Below are positions 21,934 through 32,618 of a stretch of 64,000 nucleotides of DNA, piece by piece. Below the pieces are notes generated by a model that had not been told where the DNA came from, did no database searches, and saw nothing but the letters and a program-made list of their open reading frames with translations. Source of the stretch: Candidatus Gastranaerophilales bacterium. GTDB lineage: Bacteria; Cyanobacteriota; Vampirovibrionia; Gastranaerophilales; Gastranaerophilaceae. Position 1 is the stretch's first letter. Each line of letters begins with the position of its first letter. The stretch is from positions 53,475 through 117,474 of the forward strand of contig CALUTI010000005.1 of NCBI GenBank assembly GCA_944323695.1, in the 5' to 3' direction. Position numbers and translations under genes: made by a program.

Positions 21934-21981
21934 ATGAAAAATGTGAAAAAATTGAGAAACGGGGGGGGGCGTCTCCTCTAG
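21934..21981 (+). CDS. 15-codon leader ORF (MKNVKKLRNGGGRLL) containing a G9 tract
   Basis: AGGAG lies 8 nt upstream of the ATG. The ORF traverses the G9 run and stops at the TAG at 21979-21981. One extra G would fuse it to the 1.1-kb downstream frame. Confidence 0.35.
   Translation: MKNVKKLRNGGGRLL
21961..21969 (+). repeat. homopolymeric G9 tract (candidate slipped-strand phase-variation site)
   Basis: Nine consecutive G in AT-rich DNA, 27 nt after an SD-preceded ATG. Confidence 0.7.
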
Positions 21982-22013
21982 ATAGTAATAGCAAGGATTT
22001 TGGGGAAGTTACA

Positions 22014-22082
22014 GGGGGAATATGTCTTTTCGACGACGCTCCCGCCTCCGGCTCCGCTATGGTCTCAAAGACATATTCCCCC
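22014..22082 (+). repeat. conserved-loop / variable-stem hairpin, copy 1
   Basis: Arms GGGGGAATATGTCTTT (22014-22029) and AAAGACATATTCCCCC (22067-22082), 16/16 complementary. The 37-nt loop is TCGACGACGCTCCCGCCTCCGGCTCCGCTATGGTCTC. Confidence 0.9.
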
Positions 22083-22100
22083 TGCGCGATATCAGAAGTT

Positions 22101-22370
22101 GGTGAGGAAAAAAGTAGTAGGTTGGGCATACTTGCCCAACAAGAGATCCTTTGCAGAGTCCGGGATGACAAGAGTACTTTTCCTCGCCCCTTGAGGGAGA
22201 GGGCGCAGTTGTGCGAACATAGTGAGCTACAAATGCGGGTGAGGGGTTTACGATTAGCCAAAGTTTTTTACCCCTCACCTGAATTTCTAAATTCACTACG
22301 TTCATTAAGAAATTCTTTCCTCTCAGCCCTGCAAGCAGGGTCACAAGCCTTGCAAACTCTACTGTTCCCT
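22101..22370. repeat. cluster of GC-rich palindromic units (REP/BIME-like mosaic)
   Basis: GTAG-TAG-GTTGGGCA-TACT-TGCCCAAC (22114-22140). CGCCCCTTGAGGGAGAGGGCG (22185-22205). GGGTGAGGGGT (22237-22247) / TACCCCTCACC (22269-22279). GAATTTCT (22281-22288) / AGAAATTC (22308-22315). CCCTGCAAGCAGGG (22327-22340). Confidence 0.8.
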
Positions 22371-23093
22371 TTGCTACACAAGTGGCGAGGAAAAGTTTCT
22401 TCTATACATGCGGCCTTTACCCTGGCAGAGGTCTTAATAACCTTAGGCATAATCGGTGTAGTCGCTGCAATGACAATTCCGACATTAGTGCAGAGTTACA
22501 AGAAAAAAGTGGTTGAAACTAAGCTTGTTAAAGTGATGTCTATGATGAATCAGGCAATAAAATTGTCTACTATTGAAAATGGTGATGGAGTTACATGGAA
22601 AACGTTGGGTAACAGTAACAATACTTCCGCAACCTATGATGATATTTTGGAGTGGTTTAATACCTATATCGGACCTTATTTAAAAACGCAAAAATTTGAA
22701 AAATTTCAGCTTAACAGCAAAGATTACTTAAAAGTATATTTAATGGATGGTACAGCTCTTATTTTTGCTCCGTATATTTATGACGTAACTTATGTGCTCG
22801 ATGAAAAAGGTATGGATTTTGAAAGCAATGAGGCTGGCATACACCGATTTGTATTTCAATTAAGGTTTAAGCTTCCAGATGGATTTGAGAATAATCAGGG
22901 ATTTTTACACGCTCTCAATTCGGGTTTTGCACCTTATGCCTATAACTGGGATGGAACTTATGAGGGCGCAAAGCATGCCGCAGAGGGCTATGGCTGCTAT
23001 GATACCGAAGGTGTCGGACCCGGAGCATTGTGTACAAAATTGATTGAATTAAACGGCTGGAAAATTCCAGATGATTATCCTTACAAGTTTTAG
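22371..23093 (+). CDS. type IV pilin-like / pseudopilin-like protein (prepilin-type N-terminal domain); start codon uncertain
   Basis: AAFTLAEVLITLGIIGVVAAMTIP is a class III signal / N-methylation motif with Glu at +5. No in-frame ATG or GTG lies near it. Candidates are TTG at 22371 or ATA at 22404. The track start at 22059 lies in the repeat cluster and has no SD. Confidence 0.65.
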   Translation: MLHKWRGKVSSIHAAFTLAEVLITLGIIGVVAAMTIPTLVQSYKKKVVETKLVKVMSMMNQAIKLSTIENGDGVTWKTLGNSNNTSATYDDILEWFNTYIGPYLKTQKFEKFQLNSKDYLKVYLMDGTALIFAPYIYDVTYVLDEKGMDFESNEAGIHRFVFQLRFKLPDGFENNQGFLHALNSGFAPYAYNWDGTYEGAKHAAEGYGCYDTEGVGPGALCTKLIELNGWKIPDDYPYKF

Positions 23094-23099
23094 GGACTG

Positions 23100-24572
23100 T
23101 TAAACAGCAGTCCCTTCAAAAACTTTGCGAGCCTGTTCACGGTCATCAAAGTGGATTGTTCTGTCTTTTAAAATTTGGTAATCCTCGTGACCTTTGCCGG
23201 CGATTACAATAACATCATTATTCCCGGAAATTGTTTTTAATAATTCAATTGCGCGGCCTCTGTCGGGTTCTACCGTGACTTTTTCAGGGTCGGTTGATTT
23301 TAAGCCTGCAATTATATCTGTTATAATCTGCTGCGGGTCTTCGCTTCTCGGATTATCTGAGGTTATAACGATTTTATCAGCAATTCTTTCGGCAATAGCC
23401 CCCATTTTCGGACGTTTCGTGGCATCTCTGTCACCGCCGCATCCGAACAAACAGATTAAGTGACCGTCTTTTGGTGTAATTTCTCTTGCAGAATTCAAAA
23501 CGTTTTCCAATCCGTCAGGTGTATGTGCGTAATCCACGATTACAAGCGGTTTTTTCGCAACCACTTCAAATCTTCCTGCAACACCTTTTACGTTTTCCAA
23601 GGCTTTCAGGGCTATTTTTATATCTATTCCCTGTGCAATCGCAGTTGTAATTGCAGCAAGAACGTTATAAACACTGAACATTCCGTTCATATGGAGACTT
23701 ACTTTGTATTCACCATCTTTTGTTACAAGCGTAAATTCAGCGCCGTTTAGTGAAAATTCAATATTTTTAGCCATAACGTCAGCCTTATTCTTTACGCCGT
23801 AGGTGTATTTTTTTACCTCTTCCGGAACGACATTTAAAAATCTTTCGCCGTATTCGTCATCAATATTTATGACTGCAAAACAGCCTTCCTTAAGATTTTT
23901 GAATAAAATTGCTTTTGCATTAAAATAATTTTCCATTGTAATATGGTAATCCAAATGATCCTGCGTAAGATTTGTGAATACAGCGCCGTCAAATCTGCAG
24001 CCGCCGACGCGGTTTTGTTCAAGTGCATGTGAGCTGACTTCCATTACGACATTGTCGATTTTTTCAACATCTTTAATCATTCTTAAAGTTGCCTGCAATT
24101 CAGGTGCCTGCGGTGTTGTGTGTTTCGCGTCGCGATATTCGCCGTTAGAGGATAATTTGTATCCTAAGGTGCCGATAAGTGCACATTTTTGATTGTTTTC
24201 TTCAAAAATGCGCTGGATTAAATGGGTTACGGTTGTTTTTCCGTTTGTTCCGGTTATTCCGATTAAGTTTAGGCCTAAGGAAGGTCTTGAATAGAACCTG
24301 TCTGCAATATCCGCGATTTTGTGGCGTGTGTTAGATACAACTACCTGCGGGATTTTTATATCAAGCGGTCTTTCTACCAAAAGCGCAACAGCCCCGTTAT
24401 CTATTGCCATCTGTGCATATTCATGTCCGTCAGTGTGTTCACCCACAAGACAAATAAATATATCGCCTTGCTTTGTTGTTTGCGAATTATATGAAATTCC
24501 GCTGACTTCTACACTTTTAAAATTTACTAAATCTCTATAATCTAAATATTCAATAAGTTCTTCAAGTTTCAT
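23100..24572 (-). CDS. murE: UDP-N-acetylmuramoyl-L-alanyl-D-glutamate--2,6-diaminopimelate ligase
   Basis: Mur ligase P-loop GITGTNGKTT and the DNPR motif (SDNPRSEDP) typical of DAP-adding MurE. Lies downstream of ftsI. Confidence 0.88.
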   Translation of the reverse strand: MKLEELIEYLDYRDLVNFKSVEVSGISYNSQTTKQGDIFICLVGEHTDGHEYAQMAIDNGAVALLVERPLDIKIPQVVVSNTRHKIADIADRFYSRPSLGLNLIGITGTNGKTTVTHLIQRIFEENNQKCALIGTLGYKLSSNGEYRDAKHTTPQAPELQATLRMIKDVEKIDNVVMEVSSHALEQNRVGGCRFDGAVFTNLTQDHLDYHITMENYFNAKAILFKNLKEGCFAVINIDDEYGERFLNVVPEEVKKYTYGVKNKADVMAKNIEFSLNGAEFTLVTKDGEYKVSLHMNGMFSVYNVLAAITTAIAQGIDIKIALKALENVKGVAGRFEVVAKKPLVIVDYAHTPDGLENVLNSAREITPKDGHLICLFGCGGDRDATKRPKMGAIAERIADKIVITSDNPRSEDPQQIITDIIAGLKSTDPEKVTVEPDRGRAIELLKTISGNNDVIVIAGKGHEDYQILKDRTIHFDDREQARKVFEGTAV

Positions 24573-26331
24573 TGTTTGTCTCCTTAGTTTTCGGCTGTTG
24601 AATTTTGTCCGGTTTGAGGTTTAAAATTCTTGCGGTTTGTTCCGCAACTTCGTGGAAAACAGGTCCTGCAACAGTGTTTCCCCATATAGCACCGACTCTT
24701 GCACTGTCTATCATTACGTATATTAAAACCTGCGGATCAGATGCCGGCAGATAGCCTATTGTAGATGTATAAGACATTCCGGTATAGCCTGAGCCGCCTT
24801 CTTTAGGTTTGTTAGATGTACCTGTTTTGGCTGCAACATTATATTTATCCATTTTTATTGTGGATTTGCCGTTATTTATACCTGCTGCCAGAAGTTTTGT
24901 AATAGTTTTTGCTGTTTCAGGTGAAATTACCTGTGTATAGTGAATTTTCTGGTCGTATTCTTCCTGCGGATATTTTATAATGTGAGGGGTTACCCTTACA
25001 CCGTTATTTGCAAGCGCAGATACTGCGCTGACCATTTGCATCGCGGAAACTGATGTCCCGTAACCGTACGCCATTGTGGCATGAATTCCTTTATCCCATT
25101 TGTGCCATGCAGGAAGCAGACCTGCGGATTCTCCGGGTAAATCTATTCCGGATCTTTGCCCGAAACCGAATTTTTTAAGCATATCGTAAAATTCTTTCGA
25201 AGTCATTGTTTTGGCAACATTAATTGAGCCGATGTTACTTGAATGTTCAAATAAATATTCAAGTGAAATCATTCCCGGATACGGGTGTACGTTGTAGTCG
25301 TAGTTTTTGATTTCCCATTTGCCTATTGAAGTTTTACCGGTATCGAGAATTTGGGTATGTTCGTTTATTTTGCCTAAATCCATTGCACTGGCAACTGTGA
25401 TTATTTTAAATGTTGAACCCGGCGGAAAAACATCGGTTAAAGTCCAGTTTTTAATCTGGAGTTCGCTTGCTTGTCTGTAATTGTTAGGGTCATAGGTCGG
25501 ATAAACCGCATAAGCCAGTATTTCTCCGTTTTTGGGGTTCATTACAATTACCGTACCTCTGAGAGCTTCTTTCTCGTCAATCATTTTTTGAAGCTCTTTT
25601 TCGCATACGTGCTGAATTGCGGCATCAATTGTTAAAGTTATATCCTGACCTTTTGGATTTGTCGTCGTTGCGACAGGATCTGTCATAAAGTCATAGATAA
25701 TTTTGCCGTCGCGGGTTCTTTGATATCTTACGGCGTGTTCTACGTGTTCCAGCTTATCTTTTGCCGTATATTCAACACCGTTTGCTATATCTGCGTCAAA
25801 GTTATAATACCCTAAAACATGTGCTGCAAGGTTTCCTTGCGGGTATGTACGGGTATTTTTCTTACCCATGCTGATTTCTCTTAAATGCAGTTTTGCCAGC
25901 TCTTTGGCGGTACTTTTATCAATATCTTTTTTAATTGTAATAACAGGTCCTGGTTTTTTAAGCAGATTTAAAAGCTCGCCGTATGGCATTTTCAATATTG
26001 GAGCAAGCTTTTTGGCTAAATCTTCAGGTGAAGAATCATAATTATTGGGGTGTGCATAAACATCTGAATAAACTTTATCTGTTGCAAGTTTTATTCCGTT
26101 TCTGTCGTAAATATCTCCGCGCATTACAAAACTTCTGTTAATACGCTGGTTTCTGGCTTTTGCGCGATATTTGCCGACATCAATTATTTGAATTACAAAT
26201 AAATATATAGCAAGCAGTACCGCAAAGCCTATAAAGAAAATTTGCAAAAGCCCCAGAACTCTGTCAAAGCTCTTCATCCTTTTTTCTTTTTCATTTTCCC
26301 TATTTCTGTGTCGCATATCCCCACCTTTCAA
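24562..26331 (-). CDS. ftsI: class B penicillin-binding protein (FtsI/PBP3-type transpeptidase)
   Basis: N-terminal TM anchor; active-site motifs STFK, SSN and KTGT; overlaps the murE start by 11 nt. Confidence 0.8.
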   Translation of the reverse strand: MKGGDMRHRNRENEKEKRMKSFDRVLGLLQIFFIGFAVLLAIYLFVIQIIDVGKYRAKARNQRINRSFVMRGDIYDRNGIKLATDKVYSDVYAHPNNYDSSPEDLAKKLAPILKMPYGELLNLLKKPGPVITIKKDIDKSTAKELAKLHLREISMGKKNTRTYPQGNLAAHVLGYYNFDADIANGVEYTAKDKLEHVEHAVRYQRTRDGKIIYDFMTDPVATTTNPKGQDITLTIDAAIQHVCEKELQKMIDEKEALRGTVIVMNPKNGEILAYAVYPTYDPNNYRQASELQIKNWTLTDVFPPGSTFKIITVASAMDLGKINEHTQILDTGKTSIGKWEIKNYDYNVHPYPGMISLEYLFEHSSNIGSINVAKTMTSKEFYDMLKKFGFGQRSGIDLPGESAGLLPAWHKWDKGIHATMAYGYGTSVSAMQMVSAVSALANNGVRVTPHIIKYPQEEYDQKIHYTQVISPETAKTITKLLAAGINNGKSTIKMDKYNVAAKTGTSNKPKEGGSGYTGMSYTSTIGYLPASDPQVLIYVMIDSARVGAIWGNTVAGPVFHEVAEQTARILNLKPDKIQQPKTKETNNET

Positions 26332-26420
26332 TATTTTATCATAAGGAACTTTAAAAGAGTTAAATATTAAATAAAATTACAAAAATTTATTATTTAAAAA
26401 TAATGGAGTATGATTAAGTT

Positions 26421-27791
26421 ATGAAGAAGCTTTTTATAATATTTATATTAATATTTATGGGTCAGTTTGCATACGCATTTGATATTGTTTACCCGCGTAA
26501 ATCTACTGTTACGATAAATTCCCCGTCAACCTTTTTTATTGGCTCGTCCGATTCTAAAGAGGTCTTGACGGTAAATGGTGAGGCGGTAAACGTCCATTCA
26601 TCAGGCGGGTTTGCCTATGTGGTATTATTGAACGAGGGGGAAAATAAGTTTGTTTTACAATGCGGTGATGAGACAAAAACTTATATAATTAACAGGCCCA
26701 AAAAGGTTACGGGAGGAGTTTACGTCCCTCCGAAATTGATTGAATACGCGAAGCGAAAAGAGTTTTTAACATCAATTGATAACGCTCCATTAAGGGCAAC
26801 TCCGATTGATGCCGGAATTAACAGGATGTCGCATTTTGAAAAAGATATCCCGTTAACAATTGATGCTGAAAAAAGCGATTTTTACAGAGTTGTTTTGGGT
26901 GAAAATAAAAAAGCTTGGATTGCTAAAACTAATGTAAAAGCTTTTGAAGGCTATTTGAATTCTCCGGCAATAGTAGGCAGTTATGACAGAGTTGACGATA
27001 ATGAATATTTTAAGTTCGTCTTTCATCTTGATAAAAAAACTCCATACGAAATAATTGAGGGCGAAACCTTTACTCTAAAGTTTTATAATGTAAAAGATTG
27101 TCCGGAAAATACTTATGTATTTACATTTCCCTATTCCGAAGCCACAGGCACCAAAAAACTTGCCGGCTATAGCGGAAACTACGACGGAAATGATTTTATC
27201 TTTAAAGTAAGAAAATTTCCGTCAATAAATAAGAATCACCCGCTAAAGAATATAAAAATAGCGGTCGATGCCGGTCATGGCGGATCTGAATCCGGAGCTA
27301 TAGGCTGCTGCGGAGATAAGGAAAAAGATATTACGCTTGCAATTTCAAAATACCTTGAGCAAGAGCTTAAAAAACGCGGTGCTCAAGTTATTATGACAAG
27401 ATCAGATGATAGCTATGTGGGCTTAAAAGAGCGTATTAATATTGCAAATGACAGTGAGGCAATGTTTTTGATTAGTATTCATGGAAATTCTCTCCCTGAC
27501 AGCGCAGATCCTCATAAACACAGAGGTACAAGTATTTATTTTTATTATCATCAGGCAAAGTTACTTGCCGCAAATGTGCTTATTTCAATGAACAAGCAGC
27601 TTGAAACCCAAAATGATAATATCAGACAGGGCAGTCTTGCACTTGTCAGGAACACAAATGCTCTTAGTATTTTGATTGAAACGGCATACCTTATCAACCC
27701 TGAAGATAATGCAATGTTAATTGATCCTAATTTTCAAAAACGCTGTGCAAAAGCAATTGCCGACGGGATTGAGGACTTTTTGAAAAATTGA
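26421..27791 (+). CDS. N-acetylmuramoyl-L-alanine amidase (Amidase_3) with N-terminal accessory domains
   Basis: Signal peptide. C-terminal catalytic domain IAVDAGHGGSESGAIG ... SIHGNS ... ETAYLINPED. Confidence 0.8.
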   Translation: MKKLFIIFILIFMGQFAYAFDIVYPRKSTVTINSPSTFFIGSSDSKEVLTVNGEAVNVHSSGGFAYVVLLNEGENKFVLQCGDETKTYIINRPKKVTGGVYVPPKLIEYAKRKEFLTSIDNAPLRATPIDAGINRMSHFEKDIPLTIDAEKSDFYRVVLGENKKAWIAKTNVKAFEGYLNSPAIVGSYDRVDDNEYFKFVFHLDKKTPYEIIEGETFTLKFYNVKDCPENTYVFTFPYSEATGTKKLAGYSGNYDGNDFIFKVRKFPSINKNHPLKNIKIAVDAGHGGSESGAIGCCGDKEKDITLAISKYLEQELKKRGAQVIMTRSDDSYVGLKERINIANDSEAMFLISIHGNSLPDSADPHKHRGTSIYFYYHQAKLLAANVLISMNKQLETQNDNIRQGSLALVRNTNALSILIETAYLINPEDNAMLIDPNFQKRCAKAIADGIEDFLKN

Positions 27792-27800
27792 TTTTTATGT

Positions 27801-27835
27801 AAAACAGGCGGTCTTTTTAGACCGCCTGTTTTTTG
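27801..27835. terminator. bidirectional rho-independent terminator between convergent genes
   Basis: AAAACAGGCGGTC-TTTTTA-GACCGCCTGTTTT with flanking A and T runs. Confidence 0.8.
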
Positions 27836-29236
27836 CTATGAATTCAATATATAACTTAATAATGTTCTGACGCCTGCCCCGGTTGCACCCTTGATAAATT
27901 CCTTTTCAGGTTTGTCCAAAAATGCTGTTCCTGCAATATCAATATGTGCCCATTTAACGTCTTTTACAAATTCCTGTAAAAATACGCCTGCTGCAGATGC
28001 CCCGCCATAGCGTGAACCTGTATTTTTCATATCCGCGATATCGGATTTTAAGCTTTCAAAATATTCTTTATACATCGGTAACTGCCAGTATTTTTCACCT
28101 ATATTTTTTGCAGTTTCAATAATACGGTGAATCATTTCTTCATCATTACCCATAATGCCGGAAGCTGCCGTGCCTAAAGCAACCATGCATGCACCTGTTA
28201 ATGTCGCAATATCAATAACTTCATCAACACCTAATTCGCATGCGTAAACAAGTGCGTCAGCAAGGGTTAATCTGCCTTCTGCATCCGTGTTATCAACTTC
28301 TATTGTTTTACCGTTTTTTGCTGTTAATATATCGCCTGGCTTGTATGCGCTGCCGCTTGCCATATTTTCGCAAGCCGCAATGATGCCATGTACTTCCACA
28401 TCAGGGTTAAAGTCTTTTAAAACACTCATTACACCTAAAACGCATGCTGCGCCTGACATATCATCACGCATTGTAAGCATTGATGAAGGCGGTTTTAAAT
28501 CCATTCCGCCGGAATCAAAACAAAGCCCTTTACCGATTATTGCAATTTTCTTTTTAACATTTTTGCCTGTGTATTTCATATGGATGAATTTTGGCGGCTG
28601 AACACTGCCTTTTGAAACAGCAAGGAATGCACCCATTCCCATACGTTCTATTTCATCTCTGTCATAAATTTCAGTTGTAATTCCTTCAAGGTTTTGAGCG
28701 ATTTCTGCTAATTTTGAAGGTGTTGCAAATTCTGCCGGCTCGTTTGCTAAATCTCTTGTAAGCTTCATTGCATTGCCAAAAGATTTTCCTGCTTGAACAC
28801 TTTCCTCACTGACATGAGCAAAAGTAATTTCGTCAACCCGCGTTGCCTTTTTGCTTTTATATTTATCAAAAGCATAATCTGCAAGCATTGCGCCGATTAC
28901 ACCTGATTTACCGTAATCAAAGCCGGTTTCAAAATCAAAAGCGGCTGTTTTTGCATACATTTGCTGTAATTTTTTTACTGATTTATAAATTGCAGTTCTG
29001 ACTTCGTTATCACCAAATTCATCACGTTTTCCGCATCCTGTTACAAGAATTTTTTGTGCGGGAATTTGTCCGTATGTTTGAAGTAAATAGGTTTGGCCTA
29101 ATTTGCCTTCAAACTTGTCTCTGTCAATGGCATAGGTATTTGCCAGATCCTGTGATGTTTTTTCACCTTCAAACATGTTGATTACAAGCACATCAACAGG
29201 AAGATTCTTAACATCATTTGAAACTTTTATTTCCAT
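27836..29236 (-). CDS. pepA: leucyl aminopeptidase (M17)
   Basis: M17 signatures VGKGLCFDSGG and NTDAEGRL. Confidence 0.88.
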   Translation of the reverse strand: MEIKVSNDVKNLPVDVLVINMFEGEKTSQDLANTYAIDRDKFEGKLGQTYLLQTYGQIPAQKILVTGCGKRDEFGDNEVRTAIYKSVKKLQQMYAKTAAFDFETGFDYGKSGVIGAMLADYAFDKYKSKKATRVDEITFAHVSEESVQAGKSFGNAMKLTRDLANEPAEFATPSKLAEIAQNLEGITTEIYDRDEIERMGMGAFLAVSKGSVQPPKFIHMKYTGKNVKKKIAIIGKGLCFDSGGMDLKPPSSMLTMRDDMSGAACVLGVMSVLKDFNPDVEVHGIIAACENMASGSAYKPGDILTAKNGKTIEVDNTDAEGRLTLADALVYACELGVDEVIDIATLTGACMVALGTAASGIMGNDEEMIHRIIETAKNIGEKYWQLPMYKEYFESLKSDIADMKNTGSRYGGASAAGVFLQEFVKDVKWAHIDIAGTAFLDKPEKEFIKGATGAGVRTLLSYILNS

Positions 29237-29275
29237 AGTTGCTCTCCTTTTTCAAAAATTATTATAACACTATTT

Positions 29276-29593
29276 TTAAGATTTAGTGCATCTTTTGTAA
29301 AATAATCTGCCGTCTTTGTCAATATTTTTTATTAAATCTTCGTTATCAATCGCCGAATATGCAACCACATCATACCTGTATGGCGTGGAAAGTTCTTCTA
29401 ATTCACTTGAAATATGGCGGATTAATTTGTCGGTTATGCCGTTGCCGTAAATAACAAAATCAATATCGGAATTCGGTTTAAAATTCCCTTTTGCCCTCGA
29501 ACCGAAAATTTTTACGGTTTCAATTTCTTTTATACCGGCAAATAAATTATTAATCAGAAAAATAGTTTGTTGAGAAAGCCCGAAATTATCCAT
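29276..29593 (-). CDS. minimal nucleotidyltransferase (MNT, HI0073-like)
   Basis: GSRAKGNFKPNSDIDF matches the GS-x9-12-DxD pol-beta NTase motif. The internal ATG at 29593 gives an 8-nt overlap with the upstream HEPN gene. Confidence 0.75.
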   Translation of the reverse strand: MDNFGLSQQTIFLINNLFAGIKEIETVKIFGSRAKGNFKPNSDIDFVIYGNGITDKLIRHISSELEELSTPYRYDVVAYSAIDNEDLIKNIDKDGRLFYKRCTKS

Positions 29594-29990
29594 TGTTTTT
29601 ATTTTCCATAATCTGTTCAAAGTTTTTTAAAAGCACGGAGTAATTTTCAAGAATATCTTTTGCAAGTTCGTTTGCAAAAGTCTCTTTATATGTGTGTGAA
29701 GTTTTGTTCCTTGCTTCCATCATTTCAATCCAGTTTTGACCGTCTTTAATTAAATTTGATGAAAACGCGGCTTTGATGGTCTCTCGCGGGGTTTCAGAGC
29801 TGATGCCGTTATATTCAAGGTAATCCTTCATGGTTTTCCACCCGAGCTCAAAACATATTTCAAAAGCCTGAACCAATGCCATTATATATATTTTGTTTAA
29901 ACCGTTTTGGTTAATGCATTGAATAGTTTCTTCCAAATTTGAAATGGATTTTTTATAATTTTGTAATCTTTCCTGCCAACGCTCTGTCAT
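29586..29990 (-). CDS. HEPN-type protein (HI0074 family, nucleotidyltransferase substrate-binding protein)
   Basis: Size, helical character and ARNKTSHTY (R-x4-H HEPN motif). Paired with an MNT gene. Confidence 0.7.
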   Translation of the reverse strand: MTERWQERLQNYKKSISNLEETIQCINQNGLNKIYIMALVQAFEICFELGWKTMKDYLEYNGISSETPRETIKAAFSSNLIKDGQNWIEMMEARNKTSHTYKETFANELAKDILENYSVLLKNFEQIMENKNNG

Positions 29991-30248
29991 TTAAAACTCC
30001 TTTGAATTTATTATAGCATAAAACTTTAAAACATCATAAATTTTGGCTTTTGTATCAAAATATAAATTACCTATATACAAAACCTTTATGTCATGATAAA
30101 ATATTGTCAGATGTAGTAGGATAATATTTTTTGGAAATATATGCATTAAAATTCGGTTAATAGTCAAATAATCAGAAGCTCGATAGGATATATGTATCGG
30201 GCAATGCGTGTATTATATGAAAAATAGAATAGGATAAGGTACAAACTT

Positions 30249-31769
30249 ATGGACTTTTTATTGGTTGCCGCGATTATTTTGGTAATAATCTTAATCGCTG
30301 TGCTGATAATTCAGCAAAATAAGGTCAAAGCTGTGCTACAAAGCAGTCAGCAGGACCGTTTGGATTTGGAAGAAAAAGAAAAACTTTTACTTAAAGAAGC
30401 CAGAATTAAAGCAATTGAAGAACTTCAAAATGACAGAGAAAAACTTAACGAAGAAGAAAGAGAACGCAGACAAGAGCTTAACCGCCTTGAACAAAAACTT
30501 GTAAAACGCGAGGATATGCTTGAAGATAAAATTCAGGAATATACCGATAAAGATTTACAATTGCAAAGAAAGCTCGATGAACTTCTGGAAAAAGAAGATT
30601 ATCTGGCAGAAATTGTTCAAAAACAGACAACTGAGCTTGAAAGAATTTCAGGCATGTCAGCTGAAGAAGCTAAAAATATGCTTTTGGAACAGTTAAAGCA
30701 TGATCTGGCACAGGAACAGATGCAGTTGATAAGAGAAAACGAAGCAAAAATAAAAGAAACCGCTCTTGAAAAATCAAAAGAAATCCTGTCAACAACTATG
30801 CAGCGCTGCATGATTGAGCAGGTTGTAGAAACAACGGTTTCTGTTGTTGCACTTCCCAGTGATGAAATGAAGGGCCGCATAATCGGTCGCGAGGGACGTA
30901 ACATAAGGGCATTAGAAACATTAACCGGTGTTGATTTGATTATTGATGATACTCCGGAAGCTGTTGTTTTATCAAGCTTTGATCCTGTCCGCCGTGAGAT
31001 TGCAAAACTTGCATTAGAAAAACTTATTGTCGACGGACGTATTCACCCTGTAAGAATTGAAGAAATGGTTGAAAAAGCCAGAGAAGAAATTGAAAAGAAG
31101 ATCTGGACAGAAGGTGAAAATGCAGCTTTTGAAATGGGTGTTATGGGCTTAAATAAAGAGCTTATCAAAACTCTCGGACGTTTATATTACAGAACAAGTT
31201 ACGGTCAGAATGTTTTGAAACATTCGCTTGAAGTCGGACATATCGCAGGAATGCTTGCGGCTGAACTTGGCGCAAACGAGGCTGTTGCAAAGCGCGCCGG
31301 ACTTTTGCATGATATAGGAAAAGCCGTTGACCAAACTCAGGAAGGAACACATATTCAGCTCGGGGTTGAGCTTGCTGCAAGATACGGCGAAAGGCCTGAA
31401 ATTATTCATGCGATAGAAGCACACCACGATGATGTTGTGGCAAATACAATTGAGGCTGTTCTTGTAAAAATTGCCGATGCAATTTCAGCAGGCAGACCTG
31501 GCGCAAGACGTGATACTTTGGAAATTTATATCAAACGTCTCCAGAAAATTGAAGAAATTGTAAACAGCTATGAAGGTATCAAGCAGTCTTTTGCGGTTCA
31601 GGCAGGACGTGAAGTAAGAATTATTGTTCAGGCTGAAATGTTTGATGATCTTGCCTCACAAAAACTTGCAAGAGATGTTGCAAAGCGTATTGAAGATGAA
31701 ATTGATTACCCCGGTCAAATCAGAGTAACGGTGGTCAGAGAATTCAGAACAACAGAAATAGCAAAATAA
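30249..31769 (+). CDS. rny: ribonuclease Y
   Basis: N-terminal TM helix, coiled coil, KH domain ([11 protein letters not shown]) and HD domain (LLHDIGK). Confidence 0.9.
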   Translation: MDFLLVAAIILVIILIAVLIIQQNKVKAVLQSSQQDRLDLEEKEKLLLKEARIKAIEELQNDREKLNEEERERRQELNRLEQKLVKREDMLEDKIQEYTDKDLQLQRKLDELLEKEDYLAEIVQKQTTELERISGMSAEEAKNMLLEQLKHDLAQEQMQLIRENEAKIKETALEKSKEILSTTMQRCMIEQVVETTVSVVALPSDEMKGRIIGREGRNIRALETLTGVDLIIDDTPEAVVLSSFDPVRREIAKLALEKLIVDGRIHPVRIEEMVEKAREEIEKKIWTEGENAAFEMGVMGLNKELIKTLGRLYYRTSYGQNVLKHSLEVGHIAGMLAAELGANEAVAKRAGLLHDIGKAVDQTQEGTHIQLGVELAARYGERPEIIHAIEAHHDDVVANTIEAVLVKIADAISAGRPGARRDTLEIYIKRLQKIEEIVNSYEGIKQSFAVQAGREVRIIVQAEMFDDLASQKLARDVAKRIEDEIDYPGQIRVTVVREFRTTEIAK

Positions 31770-31793
31770 GAGCAGGTTTTTCCTGCTCTTTTT
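31769..31793 (+). terminator. rho-independent terminator or attenuator after rny
   Basis: GAGCAGG-TTTTT-CCTGCTC followed by TTTTT. Confidence 0.65.
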
Positions 31794-31805
31794 AGGGAAA
31801 TGTAA

Positions 31806-32618
31806 ATGTCAGGTGATGGAAAAACAATAAAAGTTATATTTTTCGGTGATATGGTCGGCAAACCCGGCAGATATGCCGTGCGTGATTTTTTGTCTGAAAA
31901 CAGAGAAAAATATGATTTTGTAATCGCAAATGTGGAAAACGCCTCACACGGGTTCGGGCTTACGGAAAAAAATTATAATGAGCTTATAAGCTATGGTGTT
32001 GACTGTATGACAAGCGGCAACCATATTTGGGATAAACGTGATATTTTCGGATTTATTGATAACGCCGAAAAACTTATCCGTCCTATAAATTATCCATCAG
32101 GTACAAAAGGCGTCGGAAGCCGTGTATTTGATTGCGGGGATTACAAAATAGCAGCTATAAATGTTTTAGGCAAAGTATTTATAAATGTAGTTGATTTTCA
32201 GTGGGATTTTGTAACTGAAGAAATAAAAAAATTAAAAGAGGTTACGCCGATTGTAATTGTAGATTTTCATGCAGAAGCAACGGCTGAAAAAATTTGCTTT
32301 GGCAGATACTGTTCGGAACTTGGTGTGAGTGCGTTTTTCGGAACTCATACACATGTTCAGACCTCTGATGAAAGTATTATAAATAATATGGGATACATAA
32401 CAGATGCCGGATTTTGCGGGGCGTCTGACGGGGTTATCGGTATGGAGTATAAAACCTCATTGACAAGATTTGTTACAGGTATTCCCGAAAGATATGAAGT
32501 AGCAGACGGTAAAAGCGTTCAGGTTAACGCGGTTGAAGTGGAAATAGAGCCTTCAACAGGTCATACTGTTGCTATAAAAAGAGTTTTGTATAATAGAAAT
32601 GAGGAAATAAAGGAATGA
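31806..32618 (+). CDS. ymdB: YmdB-family metallophosphoesterase (2',3'-cyclic-nucleotide phosphodiesterase)
   Basis: IFFGDMVGKPGR and VIANVENASHGFG motifs. The rny-ymdB adjacency is conserved, as in Bacillus. Confidence 0.8.
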   Translation: MSGDGKTIKVIFFGDMVGKPGRYAVRDFLSENREKYDFVIANVENASHGFGLTEKNYNELISYGVDCMTSGNHIWDKRDIFGFIDNAEKLIRPINYPSGTKGVGSRVFDCGDYKIAAINVLGKVFINVVDFQWDFVTEEIKKLKEVTPIVIVDFHAEATAEKICFGRYCSELGVSAFFGTHTHVQTSDESIINNMGYITDAGFCGASDGVIGMEYKTSLTRFVTGIPERYEVADGKSVQVNAVEVEIEPSTGHTVAIKRVLYNRNEEIKE